A DNA stretch of 51,684 nucleotides, from NCBI GenBank assembly GCA_039588275.1, contig JBDHAC010000037.1, forward strand, positions 1 through 51,684. The letters are read 5' to 3'. Source of the DNA: Gemmatimonadota bacterium. GTDB taxonomy: Bacteria; Gemmatimonadota; Gemmatimonadetes; Palauibacterales; Palauibacteraceae. The translations under genes and the position numbers were made by a program. Under the pieces are notes generated by a model. The model saw only the letters and a list, made by a program, of their open reading frames with translations, had not been told where the DNA came from and ran no database searches. Every line of letters begins with the position of its first letter. Position 1 is the first letter of the stretch. Of the stretch, positions 44,119-51,684 are shown piece by piece.

Positions 44119-45486
44119 CTAGCGGGGGTCGCGGCGCTGAACCTCGCCGAACCGCTCGACTTCGGCCTCCACGGCATCCGCATCGGTCACCGCCAGAAGC
44201 ACGAGCCGCTCCTCGGTCAGATACGTCTGGCAGACCCTCTGCACCTGGTCCGGAGTGACGGCGTCGATTCGTCCCCGGTACGCCTCCCAGTAGTCCTCGG
44301 GGAGGTCGTAGATGAGCTGGCGACTCACGCGGCTGGTCACCTGCGCGGGCGTCTCGAACTGAAGCGGTAGCGAGAGCGTGAGTGCATGCTTGGCGAGCAG
44401 CAGCTCGTCCCTTCCCGGAGGCTCCTCCCGCATGCGTGCCACCTCGGCCAGCGTCTCCTCGAGCGCCGGTCCCGTAGCCGCGGTTTCCACAGCCGTCTTG
44501 ATGACGAAGGGTCCCGCGCCCCGCCGAAAACGGAAGAAGCTGCGCGCACCGTACGTCCAGCCCTTGTCCTCGCGCAGGTTCATGTTGATGCGCGAGTTGA
44601 ACAGCCCCCCCAGGATCGCGTTCGCGACGATGATCGCGTAATGGTCTTCGGTGCCGTACGGGACCCCGACGGTGCCGACCCGTAGCTCCGCCTGCGGACT
44701 ACCGGGTCGGTCGATCAGGATCATCGCGGCCGCGGTGACAGGATTCTCCGGGACTGGCGGCGGCGCTTCGCGCTCGCGCGAGCCCGTCCAACCGCCGAAG
44801 TGATCGTCCAGGCACTCCGCAAGCCTGCCCTCGCGCGCGTCACCGCAGACCAACAACAGGCTCCCATCGGGCACGTAGCAGCGCGAGTGAAAGCCGCGCA
44901 CGGAGTCCGCATCCAGCCGCCGGATCGAGCCATCGGCCCCTCGGATCGGGCGTCCGTACAGGCGGTCCGCGTAGATGGCCGAGATGAGCGCGTGGTCAGC
45001 GACGATTGCCGGCTCGTCGAGCTCGCGCGCGATCTCATCCAGCCGCTCGTCCTGCAGGCGCGTGAACTCCTCCTGTTCGAAGCGGGGGTCTCGAGTCACG
45101 GCCGCGAGGAATTCGAGCGCCTCGTCCAGGACGTCGCTCAGCAAGTGCATGGAGAGAACTGCGACGTCGTAGCTCACCGATACGTCGAACCCGGCGCCCA
45201 GGCGATCCAGCCAGCGCGCCATCGCGACCGCATCGCGCGACCCGGCACCCTCCGTCAGCAGCCGTGCGGTCAACTCGGCGAGCCCGCCGGCTTCGCTCGG
45301 CTCGGCCGCGGCACCCCCCTCGACGACGAGCCGCAGCGAGACTTCGGGCAGCTCGTCTCGGGCGGCCAGGCGCGCATCCAGACCGCCGGGCGCGGGGACG
45401 GACTCGAACCCCGGGAGCCGCAAGGGACGCGGCTCTCCCGCCGGGGGTCTGATCGCTCGGTCGGGTCCGATTCGGGCCTGGCTCAT
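44119..45486 (-). CDS. M16B peptidase, non-catalytic subunit
   Basis: Pitrilysin-fold motifs but HxxEH replaced by GLAELTARLL; retains the R/Y motif SRINMNLREDKGWTYG. Confidence 0.9.
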   Translation of the reverse strand: MSQARIGPDRAIRPPAGEPRPLRLPGFESVPAPGGLDARLAARDELPEVSLRLVVEGGAAAEPSEAGGLAELTARLLTEGAGSRDAVAMARWLDRLGAGFDVSVSYDVAVLSMHLLSDVLDEALEFLAAVTRDPRFEQEEFTRLQDERLDEIARELDEPAIVADHALISAIYADRLYGRPIRGADGSIRRLDADSVRGFHSRCYVPDGSLLLVCGDAREGRLAECLDDHFGGWTGSREREAPPPVPENPVTAAAMILIDRPGSPQAELRVGTVGVPYGTEDHYAIIVANAILGGLFNSRINMNLREDKGWTYGARSFFRFRRGAGPFVIKTAVETAATGPALEETLAEVARMREEPPGRDELLLAKHALTLSLPLQFETPAQVTSRVSRQLIYDLPEDYWEAYRGRIDAVTPDQVQRVCQTYLTEERLVLLAVTDADAVEAEVERFGEVQRRDPR

Positions 45487-46796
45487 GCGTCGGCCTCCAC
45501 CGGGCCCGCGTCCGCCCGGGGCACCACGTGCACCGCCGTCAGCCGGTCGGAGGTGAGGATCTCGTCCGCGAGTCCGGTCACCTGCTCCGCGCTGAGGCTC
45601 GCATATCGTCCGAACACGGCGTTCACGTACCCGGGGTCATCCCGCAGCGTCACCGCGTGCGCGAACGCGTCGGAACGAGTACCCACTCCGTTCAACTGGC
45701 CCACCAGCGACCGGCGGGCCCGGTTCAGGGCACCTTCCATCTCTTCCACGCCGATACCCTCCGACCGGAGGCCCCGAAGCACATCGCGGGCGGCGGTCTC
45801 GAGGGCCTCGGCCGTAACCCCCGGCCGGGCCGTGGCCACGACGAACAACATCCCGACCTTCTCCGTGGGCCACGTGAACGCGTGCACCTCCGCAGCGACC
45901 TGTTGCTCGTAGACGAGGGCATTGTGGAGTCGGGAGGACTTGCCGTCTCCAAGCAGAAAGGTGAGGACGTCCGCCGCCTCGAAGGCCGGATCGTCGAAGG
46001 GCGGCGAGTGGAACATCAGGTATACCCGCGGCACTTGGACCTGGTCGTCGATCGTGCCGCGCCGCTCTCCGCGGCCCAGGGGCGAGGGCACCTGCACGCG
46101 GTCGGGGATCGGGCGTGGCGGGATGTCTCCGAACCAGTGCTCGATCCGGTCTAAGGCCGCCGCCGGCTCGATGTCGCCGGCCAGCACCAGCACCGCGTTG
46201 TTGGGCCCGTAGTGCTGATCGAAGAAGTCGTGCACGTCCTCCAGCGAGGCTGCCTCCAGATCCGGCATGTGCCCGATCGTCGGGTGCCGATACGGGTGCG
46301 CATCGGGGTAGGTGACCTCGAGGACGGTCTCGAACGCGAGTCCGTACGGGCGGTTCTCGTAAGACTGCCGGCGCTCGTTCTTCACGACCTCTCGCTGGTT
46401 ATCCAGTTTCTCCTGGGTGATGCCGGCCCGGAAGAACCCCATCCGATCCGACTCCAGCCACAGGGCGAGGTCGAGCTCGTTCGCGGGGAGCGTCTCGTAG
46501 TAGTTGGTCCGGTCGAACCAGGTGGAGCCGTTGAGCGTCCCCCCTGCGTCCTGGATGTACTTGAAGTGGCCCTCCCGCGGCACGTTCTCCGACCCCTGGA
46601 AGAGGAGATGCTCGAACAGATGGGCGAACCCGGTGCGCCCGGCGCGCTCGTCCTTCGAGCCCACGTGGTACATGACCTGCACCGCCACGATCGGCGTCGA
46701 CCGATCCTGATGAAGGATAACGCGCATCCCGTTGTCGAGCGTATGGTCCTCGAACGGAAGACCGACCGGGGCGTCGTTTGCCTCGAAGTTCGCCAT
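45483..46796 (-). CDS. M16B zinc peptidase, catalytic subunit
   Basis: LDNGMRV, GFAHLFEHLLF (HxxEH), NGSTWFDRTNYYE, VVKNERRQ, HPY; start ATG 46796; ATGA overlap with the partner gene. Confidence 0.93.
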   Translation of the reverse strand: MANFEANDAPVGLPFEDHTLDNGMRVILHQDRSTPIVAVQVMYHVGSKDERAGRTGFAHLFEHLLFQGSENVPREGHFKYIQDAGGTLNGSTWFDRTNYYETLPANELDLALWLESDRMGFFRAGITQEKLDNQREVVKNERRQSYENRPYGLAFETVLEVTYPDAHPYRHPTIGHMPDLEAASLEDVHDFFDQHYGPNNAVLVLAGDIEPAAALDRIEHWFGDIPPRPIPDRVQVPSPLGRGERRGTIDDQVQVPRVYLMFHSPPFDDPAFEAADVLTFLLGDGKSSRLHNALVYEQQVAAEVHAFTWPTEKVGMLFVVATARPGVTAEALETAARDVLRGLRSEGIGVEEMEGALNRARRSLVGQLNGVGTRSDAFAHAVTLRDDPGYVNAVFGRYASLSAEQVTGLADEILTSDRLTAVHVVPRADAGPVEADA

Positions 46797-46941
46797 GCCA
46801 AGCTCGCTCAGGGGTCGACCGGGAGCGACGCCAGTTCCGGGGCGCCGGTATTCGGGGCGCGAATGTACGCGGGCGGTGGTCGGGGCAAAAGGAGGGACCG
46901 CGGGCCGGAGCCTGGACGCGTTCCGCGTCACTCGGCCGCGA

Positions 46942-47323
46942 ACGAGCGGAGGGGAGTAAGCCGGGTTCTGTTGCAAAGGGTCGAACCCGAGGGTGCCCTT
47001 CGCGAGGTCATCTGTCTGCGACGCTCGGTTACCCGAGGCCTCTAGCGGCCTACCCGGAGCTCGAGCGTGACGGGCCGCCACATCGCTCCTGCTTGGCCTT
47101 GCTCCCGACGGGGTTTACCGTGCCGCCCCCTGTTGCCAGCGGACGCGGTGGGCTCTTACCCCACCCTTTCACCCTTGCCTGTGCAGGCCCCGGTCGCCCG
47201 TGACCCGCCATCGGCGGTCTGCTCTCTGTGGCACTTTCCGTCGCCTCGCGACGCCCGGGCGTTACCCGGCGCCGTGCCCTGTGGAGCCCGGACTTTCCTC
47301 GAGCGGCGTGCCCGGGGGCTCGT
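46942..47323 (-). ncRNA. rnpB: RNase P RNA, bacterial type A; 5' region anomalous
   Basis: Conserved GAGGAAAGTCCGGGCTCC, GGAAAGTGCCACAGA, GGGTGAAA, GGTAAGAGCCCAC, GGTAAACCCC, GAGCAAGGCC and 3' ACAGAACCCGGCTTA on the minus strand. Confidence 0.93.
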
Positions 47324-47388
47324 GGGGCTCTCATAAGCTACCCGGTCGCCGCTGAAGAGGTTTCAGCCCCGGAGCGATACATTGGGAC

Positions 47389-50300
47389 ATGCAGCGGGCA
47401 TTTCTGCTGGTCGCGTTCCTCGTTTCGGGCGCCGCCGGGCTCATCTACGAGCTCGCGTGGAGCCGATATCTCGCGCTGTTCGTCGGTCACAGCGCCGAGG
47501 CGCAGGTCCTCGTCATCGCGATGTTCCTCGGCGGGATGTCGATCGGGGCGCTCGCGGTGGGAGAGCGGTCGGGCCGGCTCCAGCGCCCGCTGGCCTGGTA
47601 CGCGATCGCCGAAGCCACCCTCGGCGCGTACGGGCTCGCGTTCCACTTCTTGTTCGATTCCGTTACGCAGGCGGCCTACGCTTCGATATTCCCGGCCCTC
47701 GGCGGGACGGTCGCGATCTCGATCTTCAAATGGTCGCTGGCGGGTCTGCTCGTCTTCGTGCCCGCCATCATCCTCGGCACGACTTTTCCGTTGATCGCAG
47801 CCGCGACCTTACGCCGGTTCCCGGCGCGACCGGGTGGCTCGATCGCAGCGCTTTATTTCGTGAACAGCCTCGGTGGGGCGACCGCGATCGTGCTGGCGGG
47901 GTTCCTTTTGATCGGACTGGCGGGTCTGCGCGGCACGCTGGCGACGGCGGCGGCGCTCAACTTCGTGGCGGCGGGATTAGCGGTGTGGGTCTCGAGCAGA
48001 CGCGCCAAAGGCGGTGCCCCCGAGGCGCTCGCGCCTGTGGAGACACCGCCGTCCGCGGCCGGTGTCACCGGTGGCGCGGGCGAAGCCTGGACCCGGGCGA
48101 GCGCGATCCGGCGGCGCCTGTGGATCGCGCTCCTGAGCGTGAGCGCCCTCACCGCCGTGGCATCGTTCGTCTACGAGATCGGTTGGATCCGCATGCTCTC
48201 GCTGGTCATGGGGAGCGCCACACACTCGTTCGAGATCATGCTCTCGGCGTTCATCCTGGGGCTGGCGATCGGCGCGCTGGCCATCCGCAGGGCCGCGGAC
48301 CGCGCGACGCGACCGGTGGCGCTGCTGGGAGGCATCCAGTGGCTGATGGGGCTGTTCGCGCTCGCTACCCTCCCGGTATACGCCGCCTCATTCGGGTGGC
48401 TTGGAGACCTGATCTCGGGCGTGAGCGTCGATGACGCGGGCTACCGGATCTTCAACCTGGGGCGGTACGGCGTAGCGCTCGCGGTCATGCTCCCATCGAC
48501 CGTTCTGGCCGGGATGACGTTGCCGTTGATCACGAACACGCTCCTCCGCATCGGGTCGGGAGAGCGTGCGATCGGTTGGGTGTACGCAACCAACACGGCG
48601 GGGGCGATCGTCGGCGTCATGTTTGCCGGCCTCGTCCTGCTCCCGTGGCTCGGGCTCAAGGGGATGCTGGTGTGGGGCGCGGGGCTCGACATGGTCCTGG
48701 GCGTGGGTGTGCTAGCGCTGAGCCGGGCAGGGTTCGACGCCGACGCCATGCGGGGCGACCGGCCTCCGGAGACCCGGCGGGCACCCGCGTGGGCGGCTCC
48801 GGCGACCGGCGCCGCCACCCTTATCGTCTCGCTGGCGGTCGTCTTCGGTATCCGCTTCGATCGCGCGCTGCTGACCAGCGGCGTGTTCCGGTACGGCCGC
48901 GTCGACGCCGCCGGCACGCCAATCCTGTACTACGCGGATGGGCGAACCGCCACGGTCGGCGTGCACGTCAGCGGCAGCGATACCTTGATCGTGCTCACCT
49001 CGAACGGGAAGCCCGACGCGTCGCTGACGGCACGTTGGGTCAGGGCGGCGAGCGAACCGGTGGACCCGCTGCCCATTCAGCAGCAGGACGAGTCCACCCA
49101 GATGTTGACTTCGCTCGTGACGCTCGCCCACGCCCCGGGGGCGCGGACGGGGGCCGTGATCGGGCACGGGTCGGGAATGTCGGGTCACTATCTCCTCACG
49201 GACCCCGGTCTCGAGTCGCTCACGACGATCGAGATCGAGCCCCGGATGATCGACGCCTCGCACGTCTATTACCCCGCGAACCGGCGCATCTTCGACGATG
49301 CTCGCTCGCGCATGGTGATTGCCGACGCCAAGTCCTTCTTCGCGCACCGTGGCGAGCGATACGATCTCATCCTGTCGGAGCCGTCGAATCCGTGGGTCTC
49401 GGGGACGGCGAGCCTGTTCAGCCTCGAGTTCTACGACCAGATCCGATCCTACCTGTCGCCCGACGGCGTCTTCGGGCAGTGGTTTCACCTTTACGAGAGT
49501 CACGATGACCTCGTTCTGAGCGTCCTCTCCGCCTTGCACCGCAGCTTCGCGGACTACAGGGCCTACCTGGTCGGCGACACCGATCTGATGATCGTGGCGA
49601 CGCCCGAGGGCACCCTGCCGGAGCCCGACTGGAGCCTTCTGCTCCGACCCGATCTGCGCGCGGAGCTCTCCCACGTCACGCCGATCCTGCCCGACCACCT
49701 CGAAGGTCTGCGGGTGTTCGGTAAGCGGGAGCTGGCCCCGCTGGCCGAGACCTGGGCCTCGCCCAACTCCGACTATCGCCCTGTCCTGGACCTGAGCGCG
49801 GAGCGGGCCCGGTTCCTCGATACGTTCGCGGACGGCGTCTACGGCATGACGAGGGATCGCTTTCGCCTCGCCGCCGCGCTCGGTGGGTGGCGGCTGCCTC
49901 CCGCCGGATCGCCGGGACAACCGATGCCGGGCCTCGCACCGCTCAGAGGGCGATCGCTGGCCGTCGAGATTCGCCGGGCGCTGAACGATCCGGACGCCGA
50001 AGTCGCTGGATACGCCCGGTCGCAGGTTCGAGCGGCAAGGCTCGGGTACTACCGGCTGCTCCAACCCCCTCGAGGTCCTGCGGACACGGAACGCTGGGCC
50101 CGGTGGCTCGCCAATTTCCTCCGAGTCGAGGCGACACTGCACGCGGGAACGGCAGGCTTCGCGGACGAGGCGTTCTACGGAGTAGTCCTCGAGATCCTCG
50201 AGCGCTCCGACCCGCCAGAGGTGGTTCGGGAGACGGTCGGCTTTCTGCACGGGCTGGCCGCCTGGCGGTTCGACGCTGCGGCGACGGCGGCCACGCGTTT

Positions 50301-50541
50301 GTTGCGAACCCTCCGCCCCGGTGTGGAGGGCGACGGCACCGCCCCGGCCGAGCGGATTCTGGTCACCCTCAACCGCGGGCTGCTCCTGGACGGGGCCGTG
50401 ACCGCTTTCCTGATGACGGGAGAGGCGGAGCTGGCGGCCGAGGCCCTGCAGCAGCTCGAAGGAGAGACGGGCCGACCCGCGGATGACTTCAGGATGCGAT
50501 TCTTGCGAGCCCACATCGCGCGGGCCTCAGCGGATCGCTGA
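47389..50541 (+). CDS. fused multi-TM (MFS-like) / spermidine synthase-like SAM-dependent transferase
   Basis: Two TM repeats (SGAAGLIYELAWSR; YEIGWIRMLSL), then NGKPDAS, AVIGHGSG, IEIEP, DA..F...YDLILSEPSNPW, LFSLEFY; helical C-terminal tail. Confidence 0.85.
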   Translation: MQRAFLLVAFLVSGAAGLIYELAWSRYLALFVGHSAEAQVLVIAMFLGGMSIGALAVGERSGRLQRPLAWYAIAEATLGAYGLAFHFLFDSVTQAAYASIFPALGGTVAISIFKWSLAGLLVFVPAIILGTTFPLIAAATLRRFPARPGGSIAALYFVNSLGGATAIVLAGFLLIGLAGLRGTLATAAALNFVAAGLAVWVSSRRAKGGAPEALAPVETPPSAAGVTGGAGEAWTRASAIRRRLWIALLSVSALTAVASFVYEIGWIRMLSLVMGSATHSFEIMLSAFILGLAIGALAIRRAADRATRPVALLGGIQWLMGLFALATLPVYAASFGWLGDLISGVSVDDAGYRIFNLGRYGVALAVMLPSTVLAGMTLPLITNTLLRIGSGERAIGWVYATNTAGAIVGVMFAGLVLLPWLGLKGMLVWGAGLDMVLGVGVLALSRAGFDADAMRGDRPPETRRAPAWAAPATGAATLIVSLAVVFGIRFDRALLTSGVFRYGRVDAAGTPILYYADGRTATVGVHVSGSDTLIVLTSNGKPDASLTARWVRAASEPVDPLPIQQQDESTQMLTSLVTLAHAPGARTGAVIGHGSGMSGHYLLTDPGLESLTTIEIEPRMIDASHVYYPANRRIFDDARSRMVIADAKSFFAHRGERYDLILSEPSNPWVSGTASLFSLEFYDQIRSYLSPDGVFGQWFHLYESHDDLVLSVLSALHRSFADYRAYLVGDTDLMIVATPEGTLPEPDWSLLLRPDLRAELSHVTPILPDHLEGLRVFGKRELAPLAETWASPNSDYRPVLDLSAERARFLDTFADGVYGMTRDRFRLAAALGGWRLPPAGSPGQPMPGLAPLRGRSLAVEIRRALNDPDAEVAGYARSQVRAARLGYYRLLQPPRGPADTERWARWLANFLRVEATLHAGTAGFADEAFYGVVLEILERSDPPEVVRETVGFLHGLAAWRFDAAATAATRLLRTLRPGVEGDGTAPAERILVTLNRGLLLDGAVTAFLMTGEAELAAEALQQLEGETGRPADDFRMRFLRAHIARASADR

Positions 50542-50579
50542 GACATCTCTCTGACCCGTCTGGACATCTCTCTGACCCG
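50542..50579. repeat. 17-bp direct repeat, 21-bp period
   Basis: GACATCTCTCTGACCCG at 50542-50558 and 50563-50579, beginning immediately after the stop codon. Confidence 0.85.
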
Positions 50580-50877
50580 CCCGTGGGTCTACTTGTAGCG
50601 AAAGGTGGGGCACTTCGACCCGAACCGGGGTAACACTCACGGCGATACCGGCGGGCGCCCGGGGCAACGCGGGCACTCGACTCACTGTCGGAAGGGTAAG
50701 TGGGGGACTATCTTTTGACCCTGAGCATCCGGTCGCAGGCGGCTCGATGCGCCGCGGTCGGGGCAGGTCGGCCCGACTCCTGCATGACCGGCTCATGGTG
50801 GCCCCGGTGTGGCGAGGTGATGGGGTGAGGGGCCCGGGTTCCGAAGCGGAGGTGAGTCCTACGTAGCAACACCTGGT

Positions 50878-51684
50878 ATGCGATTCTACAATCACCTCAA
50901 AAACCGTCCGCATGGACGGTTCCTGACCCTCCTGCTCCTGGGGGTCCCCGTTCACGGGGTCTCCCAGTCACTGGAGTCCCACGCTCCGGCTACGGATTAT
51001 TACGTGTACGTCGCGGCCGAGTCCGAGGATCGCGTCGACCTCGTGCGCTTCGGTCCCGCCGGCGCGACGCTCCTCGATTCCATCCCGGTGGGCCGATATC
51101 CCACCGAGATCGATGGCCCGCACGGTTTAGCGATGGGGCCCGACGGGGATCGCTGGTACGTGACGCTCGCGCACGGCAATCCGTTCGGCACCGTGGTCGC
51201 GTACTCCACGGCGAACAACCGACCCGCGGGCAACGCCGAGCTGGGCCTGTTTCCGGCCACCATGGGTGTAACGCCAGCCGGTCTTCTGTTCGCGGTGAAC
51301 TTCAACCTGCACGGCGACCCGCTCCCCAGCAGCGTGTCGGTGGTCGATCTCGCGTCGATGTCGGAGATCGCCCGCATCCCGACGTGTGCCCGGCCGCACG
51401 GCTCGCGCCTGACGACGGATGGGGCGCGGCACTACTCGGTGTGCGTGTTCGACGAGCAGCTCGTGGAGTTGGACGCGCATCGTCTCGAGGTGTCGCGTCG
51501 CATGCACCTGCTGCCGGGGGGCGAGCGGGCGCTGCCCAACGAGACGACGGCAGCGAACCACGGCATGAACGGGGCCGACCCACGGTGCTCACCCACGTGG
51601 GCGCACCCCAGCCCCGACGGTGCGCGCGTATACGTAGCGTGCAACAAGAACGCGGAGGTGCTCGAGGTCGATACCGAGAGCTGG
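50878..51684 (+). CDS. secreted YncE/YVTN-like beta-propeller protein, truncated by the window end
   Basis: Open frame MRFYNHLKNRPHGRFLTLLLLGVPVHG...YVYVAAESED...GPHGLAMGPDGDRWYVT...SVSVVD...PHGSR...SPDGARVYVACN; not in the ORF track (no stop in window). Confidence 0.85.
   Translation, partial: MRFYNHLKNRPHGRFLTLLLLGVPVHGVSQSLESHAPATDYYVYVAAESEDRVDLVRFGPAGATLLDSIPVGRYPTEIDGPHGLAMGPDGDRWYVTLAHGNPFGTVVAYSTANNRPAGNAELGLFPATMGVTPAGLLFAVNFNLHGDPLPSSVSVVDLASMSEIARIPTCARPHGSRLTTDGARHYSVCVFDEQLVELDAHRLEVSRRMHLLPGGERALPNETTAANHGMNGADPRCSPTWAHPSPDGARVYVACNKNAEVLEVDTESW

Noticed and set aside
46800..46941. Circularly permuted rnpB with the P1/P2 5' strands placed downstream
   Set aside because: No complement of CCCCTCCGCTC here and only a weak partial match (CGCGGTC) to the P2 strand
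46797..47081. ORF-track N-terminal extension of the M16 peptidase
   Set aside because: Runs through rnpB; the peptidase-like sequence begins at ATG 46796
48712..50514. 600-aa minus-strand ORF
   Set aside because: Antisense shadow of the spermidine-synthase-like gene

Overview
High-GC core-genome segment of a diderm bacterium; gene content and order suggest Gemmatimonadota (inference only). Most genes lie on the minus strand. The left end holds uvrA and a peptidoglycan-salvage-like cluster: a sodium:solute symporter, a GH3 NagZ fused to an AmiE/beta-lactamase-like domain, and a divergent NamZ/DUF1343. A ~38 kb co-oriented housekeeping/envelope run follows (read in transcription order): rnpB, an M16 peptidase pair, a Nudix hydrolase, ECF sigma and anti-sigma, holA, a TPR-SPOR protein, mutS, a TonB_C lipoprotein, ddl, rhomboid, an EF-G paralogue, yebC, ruvCAB, queA, tgt, yajC, def, fmt, a TenI/ThiE-like gene, thiS, thiG, rsmB, a PASTA protein, a YbbR-like protein, tsaD, lgt, tamA, tamB, htpX and a DAG-kinase-family gene. 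The right end has a fused membrane/spermidine-synthase-like gene and a truncated beta-propeller gene on the plus strand. I found no CRISPR array, tRNA, rRNA, integrase or transposase. The clearest anomalies are an RNase P RNA gene lacking the 5' strands of P1/P2, a frameshifted tamB and an EF-G paralogue with degenerate GTPase motifs; the first two may be assembly errors. The best candidate for an under-described system is the SSS-NagZ/AmiE-NamZ module. All calls come from motif recognition by eye; no database searches were run.
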